Assembly (NCBI GenBank): GCA_963719225.1 | Contig: CAVRAY010000001.1 | Location: 2,624,001-2,688,000 of the forward strand | Length of the DNA stretch: 64,000 nucleotides | Direction: 5' to 3' | From: Thermoanaerobaculia bacterium | GTDB lineage: Bacteria > Acidobacteriota > Thermoanaerobaculia > UBA5066 | Shown here: positions 43,365 through 52,519 of the stretch, piece by piece | How positions within the stretch are numbered: position 1 is the first letter of the stretch | How the letters are laid out: every line of letters begins with the position of its first letter | Made by a program: the position numbers and the translations under genes | The notes under the pieces: generated by a model | Told to the model about the DNA's origin: nothing | The model's database searches: none | Seen by the model: the letters and a program-made list of their open reading frames with translations, nothing else

Positions 43365-44794
43365 GGCCTCTCTCGGCGCGGCGCCTTCCGGCGCTCGACG
43401 AGCTTCAGAGCGACCTCGCCCGGCGCGACGCCGCGCGCCGTCAGGAGAACGGCGAGATGGTAGAGCAGATCGGCCGCCTCGCCGGCGAGCGCTCCCGCGT
43501 CGCCGGTGACCGACGCGAGCGCCGTCTCGACGGCTTCCTCCCCCACTTTCTGGGCGATGCGCGGCACGCCGGCATCGAGGAGCTGATTCGTGTACGACCC
43601 GGCGACCGGCGACTCCTTCCGCGCGCGGACGACCGCGAAGAGAGCCGTGAGGTCGAGCGCGTCCGCGGATCCCGCATCCTTCCCGGCGACCCCCAGCGTC
43701 TCGACAGACGAGAAACACGAATCCGCCCCGGTATGGCAGGCCGGACCCGACGGACGAACGTCGTAGAGCACGGCGTCGTCGTCGCAGTCGAGCGAGATTC
43801 CGACGACGTGCTGCACGTTTCCGGACGTCTCCCCCTTCTTCCAGAGCTCCTTCCGCGATCGGCTGTAGAAGTGCGCCAGGCCGGTCTCCCGCGTCCTGGC
43901 GAGGGCCTCCGCGTTTGCCCAGGCGAGCGTGAGGACGTTGCCCGTCACGACGTCACGCATGATGACGGGGACGAGCCCGCTCGCGTCGTAGCGGGGCAGG
44001 AGAGTGCGCACGTGCGCCGGCGCGGGACGAACCGCGAGCCCGGCCCGGCGCATCGCTTCCTTGACCGCGCCTACCGTGAAGACGCGGTCGTGGAAAAGTG
44101 AGGCCGCGAGCACGGCGTCCGCGCCGCCGATGACGACGGCCTTTGCGAAATCGTCGAGCTGGCCGGCTCCCCCTGAAGCCACGATCGGAACCTCGACGGT
44201 CGCACGCACCGAACGGAGCATCTCGAGGTCGAACCCCGCCTGCGTTCCATCCGCGTCGACGGACGTCAGGAGGATCTCGCCCGCGCCCGCTGCGGCTGCC
44301 GCGGAGGCCCATCCCGTCACGGTCCGGTCGGTCGGACGGCGTCCCCCATGCGTCATCACGCGCATCACCGAGACGCCGCTCGCGTCGCGCAGACGCTTGC
44401 CGTCGATCGCGACGACGACGCATTGCGATCCGAATTGCCCGGCAAGCCTCGTGATGAGAGAGGGGTCTTCGACCGCGGCGGTGTTCACGGTCACCCGGTC
44501 GGCCCCGGCGCGGAGAAGCGCATCCGCGTCCTCGACGGACCGGACCCCTCCACCAACGGTGAACGGGATCGAGAGAGCTTCGGCCACGTGCGAGACGAGC
44601 TCCACGAGCGTGCCGCGCTTCTCGTGAGCGGCGCGGATGTCGAGGAATGCCAGCTCGTCGGCGCCTTCTGCCTCGTAGCGCACCGCGGCCTCGACCGGAT
44701 CGCCCGCGTCGCGGAGGCTTTCGAACGAGATGCCCTTGACGACGCGCCCGCCCGCGACGTCGAGGCAGGGGATGACGCGAACCGCGACCGTCAT
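43361..44794 (-). CDS. hisF-hisIE: HisF-HisI-HisE fusion
   Basis: [19 protein letters not shown], then [44 protein letters not shown] in one frame. Confidence 0.92.
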   Translation of the reverse strand: MTVAVRVIPCLDVAGGRVVKGISFESLRDAGDPVEAAVRYEAEGADELAFLDIRAAHEKRGTLVELVSHVAEALSIPFTVGGGVRSVEDADALLRAGADRVTVNTAAVEDPSLITRLAGQFGSQCVVVAIDGKRLRDASGVSVMRVMTHGGRRPTDRTVTGWASAAAAAGAGEILLTSVDADGTQAGFDLEMLRSVRATVEVPIVASGGAGQLDDFAKAVVIGGADAVLAASLFHDRVFTVGAVKEAMRRAGLAVRPAPAHVRTLLPRYDASGLVPVIMRDVVTGNVLTLAWANAEALARTRETGLAHFYSRSRKELWKKGETSGNVQHVVGISLDCDDDAVLYDVRPSGPACHTGADSCFSSVETLGVAGKDAGSADALDLTALFAVVRARKESPVAGSYTNQLLDAGVPRIAQKVGEEAVETALASVTGDAGALAGEAADLLYHLAVLLTARGVAPGEVALKLVERRKAPRRERP

Positions 44795-45588
44795 GAAGAC
44801 CTCCCCTGGTCGCGGGCCGCCCTCAGCCGCGACACTGTCGTGGCGCCGGAATGAAGCGCGCGGCCGAGGATGGCGCCGCGAGGTCCGCCCGCGAGCGCGT
44901 GGTTCACCAGCTCGAGGTCTTCTTCGCCGCGCATGCCGCCCGACGCGAGGATCTCGCCTCCGAACACGCGGCGCACGGCGGACAGGAGCTCGAGATTCGG
45001 GCCGGTCATGGCCCCGTCCCGCGAAACGTCCGTGACGAGAAGAGCCGAGACGCCGAGATCCGCGAGCGAGCGGGCGGCGGAAACGGCGTCTCCCATTCCG
45101 GCATCCTCGGTCCAGCCACGCACCGTCGGACGCCCGTCCTTGCAGTCGAGAGCGACCACGATGCGGGACGACAAAGACGAAGAGGAAGAGGAAGAGGAAG
45201 AGGAAGATTTTCTTAGAAGGTGCGTGAGGGCTGCGCGGTCGAGCAGCGCAAGGCTGCCGATAACCGCGCGTGCCCCGTTCCCCCTTTCTAAGAAATCTTC
45301 AACAGCTGCGGCCGTACGCAGCCCTCCCCCGACCTGCACAGCGACCCCCGCAGCGTCCGAAACAGAAAGAATTTCTTCGATCTCCTGTTCGTTGCTGCCC
45401 GTCCCGAACGCCGCGTCGAGGTCCACGACGTGGATCCCGTCGGCGCCCTCGGAAGCGAATCGCTCCGCGGCCCGGGCGGGGGGCTCGTCGTAATACGTCA
45501 CCTCTTCGCGCTTGCCTTTCAGCAGCCGGACGACGTGGCCGCCCATGACGTCGATCGCGGGCCAGAGAGCGAGTCGCTCGTCGCTCAC
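44791..45588 (-). CDS. hisA: ProFAR isomerase with poly-Ser insertion
   Basis: [35 protein letters not shown]. Confidence 0.92.
   Translation of the reverse strand: MSDERLALWPAIDVMGGHVVRLLKGKREEVTYYDEPPARAAERFASEGADGIHVVDLDAAFGTGSNEQEIEEILSVSDAAGVAVQVGGGLRTAAAVEDFLERGNGARAVIGSLALLDRAALTHLLRKSSSSSSSSSSSLSSRIVVALDCKDGRPTVRGWTEDAGMGDAVSAARSLADLGVSALLVTDVSRDGAMTGPNLELLSAVRRVFGGEILASGGMRGEEDLELVNHALAGGPRGAILGRALHSGATTVSRLRAARDQGRSS
45171..45302. repeat. Inverted motif pair in hisA, one arm extended by (TCTTCC)n
   Basis: Minus 45171-45223: GCACCTTCTAAGAAAATCTTCCTCTTCCTCTTCC... Plus 45278-45302: TTCCCCCTTTCTAAGAAATCTTCAA. Confidence 0.82.
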
Positions 45589-46214
45589 GCCGCGTCCTCT
45601 CTAAGAAAATTCGAAAGGAGGATGCGGCCGCTTTCCGACGACTTCTCCGGGTGGAACTGGCAGCCCCAGACGCTTCCCCGCTGCACGATGGCGGCGAATT
45701 CCCCGCCGTGGTCGCAGGCCGCCGCGACGTCCGCGGCGTCGACGCCCTCGGGCCTGAAGGAATGGACGAAGTAGACCCAGCTTCCGTCCGGCAGTCCCTC
45801 GACGAACCCGTCGGGGCGACGGGTCAGGAGCTGGTTCCAGCCCACGTGGGGCGTGCGGACGCGCGCGCCGAAGGGGCGGACGCGGCCCGGCACGAGCCCG
45901 AGACCCTTGTGCACTCCGTGCTCCTCGCTTTCCTCGAAGAGGAGCTGGAAGCCGAGGCACAGGCCGAGGAGCCGCCCTCCGCGCTTGACGGCGGCACGCA
46001 CGGCGGACTCGAGGCCGGTCTCGAGAAGGCGGCTCATCGCCGGTTCGAAGGCGGCGACGCCGGGAAGCACGAGCCGTCGGGCGGATGCCACGCGGTCGAG
46101 GTCGGCCGTGAAGTCCACCTCCGCGCCGAGGCGACGGAACGCCCGGATCACCGAGGCCGTGTTGCCGACCCCGTAGTCGACGAGCGTGACGGACGAGCCG
46201 GCGGGCGTCGTCAT
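45585..46214 (-). CDS. hisH: Imidazole glycerol phosphate synthase glutaminase subunit
   Basis: DYGVGN, GLCLGFQ, PHVGWN, YFVHS, QFHPEKS. Confidence 0.95.
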   Translation of the reverse strand: MTTPAGSSVTLVDYGVGNTASVIRAFRRLGAEVDFTADLDRVASARRLVLPGVAAFEPAMSRLLETGLESAVRAAVKRGGRLLGLCLGFQLLFEESEEHGVHKGLGLVPGRVRPFGARVRTPHVGWNQLLTRRPDGFVEGLPDGSWVYFVHSFRPEGVDAADVAAACDHGGEFAAIVQRGSVWGCQFHPEKSSESGRILLSNFLREDAA

Positions 46215-46807
46215 GCCGTGAGCGTTCCTTTCGTCGAAGGCACGTCCGTGCCCGTGACCGCCATCGCCTGGCGCAGCGCGCGCGCCGCCGACTTGAAGAC
46301 CGCCTCGGCCGCGTGATGGCCGTTCTTCGCGCGGACGACGTCCACGTGAAGGTTGAACTTGCCGCGAAACGCGGCGGACTTCCAGAATTCCTCGACGAGC
46401 GCGAACGGAAAGTCCTTCGTGACGAGGAGGAGCTCCTTGTCGACCGGCGACTCGAAGACGATGTAGGGCCGGCCCGAAAGGTCGACGACGGAGCGCGCGA
46501 GCGCTTCGTCGAGGGGGACGAGGGCCGTCCCGAATCGTTCGATTCCCGCCCGCGAGCCGAGCGCCTGGTCGAGCGCCTCGCCGAACGCGAGGCCGACGTC
46601 CTCGACGGTGTGATGGGCGTCGATGTACACGTCCCCCGCCGCGCGCACCGTGAGGTCGACGCGCGCGTGCTTCGCGATCGTCTCGAGCATGTGCGACAGG
46701 AAGCCCACCGGCGTCTCCACGTCCGCCCGTCCGTCGCCGTCGAGAGCCAGGGCCAGGGAAATGGACGTCTCCTTCGTCTTCCGCTCGACCGTTCCGGACC
46801 GGCTCAT
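46211..46807 (-). CDS. hisB: Imidazoleglycerol-phosphate dehydratase (monofunctional)
   Basis: RKTKET, DAHHTVEDVG, DLSGRP, NGHHAAEAVFK. Confidence 0.95.
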   Translation of the reverse strand: MSRSGTVERKTKETSISLALALDGDGRADVETPVGFLSHMLETIAKHARVDLTVRAAGDVYIDAHHTVEDVGLAFGEALDQALGSRAGIERFGTALVPLDEALARSVVDLSGRPYIVFESPVDKELLLVTKDFPFALVEEFWKSAAFRGKFNLHVDVVRAKNGHHAAEAVFKSAARALRQAMAVTGTDVPSTKGTLTA

Positions 46808-47870
46808 ATCACCTCCAGGAAGGACTCGAGGAAGAGATCGTTCTCGGCCTGTGACCCGATCGAGACCCGCAGCCGTCCGGGCGCAGCCGACGTCATGTCG
46901 CGGACGAGGATGCCCCGGTCGAGGAGGCCGCGGCGCACCCGCGGCGCATCGGCCCCCGGGGGCGTACGAAGAGGAAGTTGGAACGCGAGCTGGCGACGGC
47001 GGAGCCGGCAGCGCGAAGCGTCGCGGCGACCCGTTCACGTTCCGCCGCGATCCTCCTCACGTGCTCCCGCGAAACCTCCGGATGGGAGAGAACGGCGATG
47101 GCCAGCTCCTCGGCCGCGAGGTCCACGCTGAACGGCAGGATGGCCTTCTCGACCTCGCGGACGAGCGCGGGATCCGCGACCGCATATCCGATGCGAAAGC
47201 CCGCCGCCGCGTAGGCCTTCGAAAGGGTGCGGAAGACGACGAGGTTCGCGCGCGGGCCGACGAGGGGGAGCGCATCGTCCGCCGGCTCCGCGAAGTCCAC
47301 GTACGCCTGATCGAGAAGGACGACCCGGGCGGCGTCGAGGAGGCGCTCCAGGAAATCTTTCCCGACGACGCCGCCGGTCGGGTTGTTCGGCGAGCAGACG
47401 AGCGGAACGGCGCCCGGCTCCCGCGAGGCTTCGAGGAACGCGTCCTCGGCCAGCGCGAAGTCGGGTCCGGTGCGCGGCACCTCGGCGACACGCGAAGAGG
47501 CGATCGCGGCGATCTGCCGGTAGAGCGAGAACGTGGGCGTCGGGAGCACGAGGGTCCCTCCGCCGGCAAACACGGACACGGCGGCCAGGATCACCTCTCC
47601 CGAGCCGTTCCCGACGACGATCTCCTCCGGGCGTCGGCCGACCGCGTCCGCGATGGCCCGTTTCAGGCGCGGCGCTCCGAATTCCGGATAGCGGCCCCAC
47701 CTTTTCGCCGCGAGGCGCGCGAGGACCTCGGTGCGGATCTCCTCGGGCACGTCGAACGGCGACTCGTTGAAGTCCAGCTTCGCGCGGAGCGGCGGCGCGT
47801 CCTCGGGGACGAGGCGATAGGCCTCGAGCGCCCGGATCTCCTCGCGGATCGGCACGGTCCGGCGCGTCAT
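46804..47870 (-). pseudogene. hisC: Histidinol-phosphate aminotransferase with an apparent 1-nt frameshift at ~46953-46962 (may be an assembly error)
   Basis: LDFNESP, GNGS, SPNNPTG, DQAY, RTLSKAY..AGFRIGY. The expected C-terminus (GILVRD...LRVSIGSQAEND..LE) lies in another frame and ends in an ATGA overlap with hisB. Confidence 0.85.
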
Positions 47871-49276
47871 GGCGCCCTCCGTTCGAGCGCGGCCGCGTGC
47901 GCCGCGAGGCCTTCGAAGCGCGCGAGAGCGGCGGCCGGCCGCGCGAGCCGGCGCGCGGCGTTCGCCGTCGCCTTCACCGATCGGCCCCAGCGCCGGAAAT
48001 CGCGCACGGAGAGGCCCGAGAAGCTGCGCGCCGCGCCCCCGGTCGGGAGCACGTGGTTCGGACCGGCGAGGTAGTCACCGAGCGCGGTCGGTGTCGAAGA
48101 GCCGATGAAGAGGGCGCCTGCGGTCGGAAGAAGCTTGCCGCTGAATCTCTCCGCGGACTTCCCCATCAACTGCACGTGCTCTGCGGCGATCTGCGAGCCG
48201 GCGGAAGCAGCGAGAGATATTTCTTTGAAAATGAAGATCCGGCCGCGCCGGAACAGCGAGGCGCGCGCGGCGGCCGCATTCACCTTCAAGGAAAACGAAT
48301 CGAGGGCTCGCAATTGGGCCGAGACCGCGGCCCGTACTGCGGCGGCGAGCCTGCTTGAATTCGTAAACAGAAGACACATCGCGTCCGGATCGTGCTCGGC
48401 CTGTGCCAGAAGATCCGCCGCCACGAGGTCCGCGTCGGCATCGGCGGAAGCGACGATCAGGACTTCCGACGGACCCGCCGGCATGTCGACCGCCACGAGG
48501 CCCGACACGAGGTGCTTCGCCGCCGCTACGAAGCGGTTGCCGGGGCCCACGATCTTCGCGACACCACAGACGGAGACGAGCCCCGCGACTCCGTGAGCGC
48601 CCCCCGCGAGCAGCACCTCGTCGACACACAGCTCGCGCGCCGCCCACCGGAGCTCGGGACTCGCCTCCCAAGCGTTGGGCGGCGTCGCGACGACCACGCG
48701 CGGCACCCCCGCGACGCGCGCCGGCACGACGCCCATCAGGAGCGAAGACGGATAGAACGCACGGCCTCCCGGGACGTAGACGCCGACGGATTCGAGCGGC
48801 ACGGATTTCTCGACGAACGAGACGCCGAGGGAGTCCTTGAAAGAGAAGCCCGACGAAGACGATGAGAGCTGCTTGCGGTGATACGCCTCGATGCGGCGGC
48901 GGGCGAGGCGGAAGGCAGAAGCGAAAGACTGATCCACACGAGATGGCTTTTCAAGACACGGATCAATACAGATCTTCTTAGAAGGGTAATGGGGCCGCTC
49001 GCTTTGTCGCACCGCCGTCGTCGGTCCGTCACGCCGCTGCCCCTCTCCCCCTTTCATAGAAACCGTTCTCTTCGAACCGTGGGCGCGCGCCGGTTTGAGG
49101 TCGAAGCGCTCCACGTACTCCCGGAGCGCGGGTTCCCCTCTTCGCAGAACGTCCTCCACAACCGGCAGGATCTGCTTCAACGTGGAGAAGTCGGGCGCCG
49201 CGCCCCGCCGGCTCTTCAACAGCGTTTCCAGCTCCCGTCGCCCCTCGCGCGTCGACGCGTCGACGGTCTTCATCAC
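47867..49276 (-). CDS. hisD: Histidinol dehydrogenase with an N-terminal-region insertion
   Basis: GVYVPGG, KIVGPGN, DMPAGPSE, QAEHD, AAEH, GDYLAGPNHVLPT. Confidence 0.93.
   Translation of the reverse strand: MMKTVDASTREGRRELETLLKSRRGAAPDFSTLKQILPVVEDVLRRGEPALREYVERFDLKPARAHGSKRTVSMKGGEGQRRDGPTTAVRQSERPHYPSKKICIDPCLEKPSRVDQSFASAFRLARRRIEAYHRKQLSSSSSGFSFKDSLGVSFVEKSVPLESVGVYVPGGRAFYPSSLLMGVVPARVAGVPRVVVATPPNAWEASPELRWAARELCVDEVLLAGGAHGVAGLVSVCGVAKIVGPGNRFVAAAKHLVSGLVAVDMPAGPSEVLIVASADADADLVAADLLAQAEHDPDAMCLLFTNSSRLAAAVRAAVSAQLRALDSFSLKVNAAAARASLFRRGRIFIFKEISLAASAGSQIAAEHVQLMGKSAERFSGKLLPTAGALFIGSSTPTALGDYLAGPNHVLPTGGAARSFSGLSVRDFRRWGRSVKATANAARRLARPAAALARFEGLAAHAAALERRAP
48212..48296. repeat. 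Inverted motif pair in the 3' part of hisD
   Basis: Minus 48212-48237: TCTTCATTTTCAAAGAAATATCTCTC. Plus 48278-48296: ATTCACCTTCAAGGAAAAC. Confidence 0.72.
48965..49073. repeat. Inverted motif pair bounding the hisD insertion
   Basis: Minus 48965-48990: ATTACCCTTCTAAGAAGATCTGTATT. Plus 49043-49073: CTCTCCCCCTTTCATAGAAACCGTTCTCTTC. Confidence 0.72.
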
Positions 49277-50913
49277 GACTTCCCGGTCCCCGCGCGCACG
49301 TTCGCGCGCAGGCGTTCGACGAACGCCGCGATCTCGGTCCGCCGCGCCACGAGCGCGCCACGCCCGAGGATGAGCGTCGCGCGGCTCGGAAGAATCGTCT
49401 CGATCTCGGCGAGTCCGTTCGCGGCCATCGTGGATCCCGACTCGATCAGGTCCACGACGACGTCCGTGAGCTTCAACGCGGCGGCGAGCTCCACGGAGCC
49501 CGCGAGAGGAACGATCTCGTGAGCGATCTTCCTCTCGTCGAAATAGCGGGCGGCGAGGCGGCGGTACTTCGTTCCCACGCGCACGGGCTGCCCGTCCGGT
49601 CTGAAAGTCTCCCCGGCCCTCCCGATGAGCGACAGTCGGCACGCTCCGAAGGGCAGCTCGACGGGCGACGTCACGTCCTCTCCGCTCTCGGCGACGCGGT
49701 CACTGCCCACGATGCCCAGATCGGCGCCTCCGTGCGCCACGTAGGTTGGCACGTCGTCGTCCTTGAGCAGAAGGAGCTCGAAAGCGCCGTCCGCCGCGGA
49801 AACGAGAAGACGCCTGCCGTCCGGGTCGTCGAACGCAGCGCCTGCCGCGCGGAGCACCGCGAGCGCCTGCGGCAGGAGCCTTCCCTTGCCCACGGCGATC
49901 CGGAGGGGTCGCGTTCCCCCGTCCGCGTCGGCGCCGTCGATCGCGGCGCCGAGCGCCTCGAGCCCGATGCAGAACCCGAGAGCGGGTGCGGCTGTTCCAA
50001 AGCGAGCGAGGAGGCCGTCGTACCGGCCGCCTCCGGCGATCGTACCCTCTCCGCCCGAGGCGTCCACGCTGAACGTGAGCCCCGTGTAATAGGGAGCCAA
50101 CGGGGTATCCGCCAGGTCCACGACGACCGGCAAGCCGGGCCTTGCGGTTTTCGCCACGGCGACGGCCCGCGCGAGCTCCGCGGCAGCGCCCGCGAGAACC
50201 GGCAGCCGGAAGAGTCCCGAGCCGGAATCGAAGCCGACGAGGAGAGCACGGGCAACTTCCGAGGCGGCCTCTTCGGTCGCGCCCGACCGGAAGAGCAGCG
50301 CTTCGAGCTGCGTCACGTGCCGCGCCCGCGCCGTCGCGGCAGCCTCGGTGAGGCCCGCGCCCCCTCCGCGCGCCAGAGCCGGCGCGACGGCGGCGAGCAA
50401 CCGTTCGAGAAGGCCCGCCCAGCCCAGCGTCAGCCTCAGGCGCTCGGCAGGAACGTCCCCGAGACACGAGAGCGCGAGGGCGAGCATCTCGCCGTCGACT
50501 TCCGGCCGTCCGTCGCCGTAGCGCTCCGCTCCCACCTGCGCGAACTCCCGCCGCCGCCCGACGCCCGTCTCTTCATCGCGCACGACGTCGCCCCTGTAGA
50601 ACAGCGACACGGGATCCGAGATCGCGCCGAGGCGCGGCGCGACGACGCGTGCCGCCATGGGCGTGAAGTCCGCCCGAAGAGAAAGAGTGTTGCCCTGCCG
50701 GTCGAGGAACCGGTAAACACGCTCGTCTCCCTCGGCCGTCACGCCGGCGTAGGGATCCGCGAAATCGAGGACCGGGAGGATGACCTCGCGCAGGCCGGCC
50801 TCCTGGAGCTTCCGAACGACGGAATCCTCCGCCTTGCGGCGCCGCTCGGCCGCGTCGAAGAGGAACGCCTGTACCCCGCGCGGGAGGTTGGGATCGGGAC
50901 GGTCGGACTTCAT
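49273..50913 (-). CDS. hisZ-hisG: HisZ-HisG (short form) fusion, ATP phosphoribosyltransferase
   Basis: LPRGV.., LRADFT..AR, REFAQVGAE, YYTG, GGGRYD, ALGF, then LRIAVGKGRL, DVPTYV..G.ADLGIVG.D, GSVELA, DLIESG.T. Confidence 0.9.
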   Translation of the reverse strand: MKSDRPDPNLPRGVQAFLFDAAERRRKAEDSVVRKLQEAGLREVILPVLDFADPYAGVTAEGDERVYRFLDRQGNTLSLRADFTPMAARVVAPRLGAISDPVSLFYRGDVVRDEETGVGRRREFAQVGAERYGDGRPEVDGEMLALALSCLGDVPAERLRLTLGWAGLLERLLAAVAPALARGGGAGLTEAAATARARHVTQLEALLFRSGATEEAASEVARALLVGFDSGSGLFRLPVLAGAAAELARAVAVAKTARPGLPVVVDLADTPLAPYYTGLTFSVDASGGEGTIAGGGRYDGLLARFGTAAPALGFCIGLEALGAAIDGADADGGTRPLRIAVGKGRLLPQALAVLRAAGAAFDDPDGRRLLVSAADGAFELLLLKDDDVPTYVAHGGADLGIVGSDRVAESGEDVTSPVELPFGACRLSLIGRAGETFRPDGQPVRVGTKYRRLAARYFDERKIAHEIVPLAGSVELAAALKLTDVVVDLIESGSTMAANGLAEIETILPSRATLILGRGALVARRTEIAAFVERLRANVRAGTGKS

Positions 50914-52490
50914 GCGGGAATCTCAGGATGGGGATGAAGCGACTCTTCGAAGAATTGGAAAGCCATCCGCAAGCGGGAAGGCAGGCGCTCGAGAAGCTCT
51001 CTTGGAGTCGTCCGCTTTCCCGTGAAAAGCGTTGCCTGGCCCGCGGCCTGGAGCAGGAGCAGCGTCTGCCCATCCACGACGCGCGCCCCGGCAGCGCGTG
51101 CCGCCTTCGCGAGCTCGGTGCCGCCCTCTCGGTAGGGCGCGTCGATGACGAGCATACCGGGGCGGAGGAGGCCCGGGTCGCACGGGAGGGGATCCCCCGC
51201 GCGGAGACCGAGGGAGGTGGCGTTGACGATGACACTCGCGGCGGGCCATGCCGCTTCGGACTTCTTCGAAAGCGCGCGCACGCCGGTTTCTCTGGCGAGG
51301 TCTTCGCCGCGCTCCTTGGTCCGGTTCGAGAGGAAGACCTCCCATCCCCTTTTTCTAAGAACATCCACCGCGACCCGAGCCGCACCACCAGCCCCGAAGA
51401 CGATTGCGACCCCCGCATTCGCTTTCTCTTTCCTTTTCTCCCTCAAAGGATCTTCAATCACGGCCTCGAAGGCATCGCGATCCGTGTTTGTCCCGCGCAG
51501 TCGGAGCGGCTGGCCCGGGGCGCTCGACCTGAGCAGCGTGTTGACCGCCTTCTCGCCGTCCTCGTCCGTGCCGGCGAGATGCGCGGCCTCCTCCTTGAAC
51601 GGGATGGTCACGGACGCGCCGGCGAGAGGAAGTCCGAGGCTGTCGAACGTCGCGACCAGCGGCTCGAGCTCCTCCGTTAGCGAGCGCATTGCGAACGGTA
51701 CGTAGAGCGAATCCTGACTGAGCGCCTCGAAGCTCGCGTTGTGGAGGGCGGGCGAGAGTGAGTGCGAGACGATGCCTCCCAGGAGTCCGAAGAGCCGGGA
51801 CACCTTTCGCCTCCGGCCGACGCCGTAGATCTCCGCCAGGTCGAGGGCGAGGAGCTGCCCCGGCGCCGTCCCGCGCCCGGGAAGGAGGGCGCCGTACGCG
51901 AGCGAAGCCCCGAGATACGGCGCGAGTGCGCGCGTGCAGATGCCGACCTCTCCCATGCCGAACGTCGAGAGGCGCCCATCCCGATGGGCGGCCTGGAGCT
52001 CGAGGAGACGGCGGGCATCGCCTGAGTCGTTCGCCGTCGCCACGACTTTCACGAAGCGAGCCTGCGTCGCGAGCATCCGGGCAACGAGGGTGCTCATGTC
52101 GGCAGGGATGCCCTCCGGGTCATGAAGAGAGAGAATTTTCTTAGAAGGGGAAATGCGGGCGGCCTCGTCCCCGCCGTCGCGGCGGAACTCCACGTCGCCG
52201 AGTTCAAACCCGGCGTCCAGAGCCTTCGAAATCAGTCTCTGGGCCTCCCCTGCCGGTCCCCGGAACGTGCCGCCTTCTGATGCGGATCGGACGGTCGCAA
52301 CGAGTGTTCTTCCTTCAAAGCACGCGCGAAGCGCGCCGAATTCGGGCTCTTCGGACATGGCGTCGAGGCGCAGCTCCAGCGCGACCGAGGGAGGCAGCTC
52401 GGCGAGAGCGGAACATGCCCCCAGCGCTTCGGCGTTCGAAGCCGGAGCCACCGAGACGACGAGAAGCGTGTTTTCCGCGGTCTGGGCCAA
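50910..52490 (-). CDS. aroD-aroE: Type I dehydroquinate dehydratase-shikimate dehydrogenase fusion
   Basis: ELRLD, TVR...EGG, SLH, FGMG..G..TR, APGQ, then HSLSPALHN, SVTIPFK, AVNT, NTD, GAGGAA, NATSLG. TTG start inferred. Confidence 0.88.
   Translation of the reverse strand: MAQTAENTLLVVSVAPASNAEALGACSALAELPPSVALELRLDAMSEEPEFGALRACFEGRTLVATVRSASEGGTFRGPAGEAQRLISKALDAGFELGDVEFRRDGGDEAARISPSKKILSLHDPEGIPADMSTLVARMLATQARFVKVVATANDSGDARRLLELQAAHRDGRLSTFGMGEVGICTRALAPYLGASLAYGALLPGRGTAPGQLLALDLAEIYGVGRRRKVSRLFGLLGGIVSHSLSPALHNASFEALSQDSLYVPFAMRSLTEELEPLVATFDSLGLPLAGASVTIPFKEEAAHLAGTDEDGEKAVNTLLRSSAPGQPLRLRGTNTDRDAFEAVIEDPLREKRKEKANAGVAIVFGAGGAARVAVDVLRKRGWEVFLSNRTKERGEDLARETGVRALSKKSEAAWPAASVIVNATSLGLRAGDPLPCDPGLLRPGMLVIDAPYREGGTELAKAARAAGARVVDGQTLLLLQAAGQATLFTGKRTTPRELLERLPSRLRMAFQFFEESLHPHPEIPA
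51256..51459. repeat. Three intragenic motif copies in the AroE domain
   Basis: Minus, core at 51267: TTTCGAAGAAGTCC (weak). Plus 51344-51366: ATCCCCTTTTTCTAAGAACATCC. Plus 51435-51459: TTTCTCCCTCAAAGGATCTTCAAT. Confidence 0.55.
52124..52154 (-). repeat. Intragenic motif in the AroD domain
   Basis: ATTTCCCCTTCTAAGAAAATTCTCTCTCTTC (encodes ISPSKKILSL). Confidence 0.8.
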
Positions 52491-52519
52491 AACGAAAACC
52501 CCCTCCGGTCCGGAGGGGG
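52489..52519 (-). terminator. Intrinsic terminator (attenuator) of the aro-his-trp leader
   Basis: CCCCCTCCG-GAC-CGGAGGGGG followed by TTTTCGTTTT. Confidence 0.85.

Noticed and set aside
45210-45295. Core TTCTAAGAA matches the eukaryotic STAT/GAS consensus TTC-N3-GAA
   Set aside because: The context is bacterial. This is most likely a coincidental short spaced palindrome.
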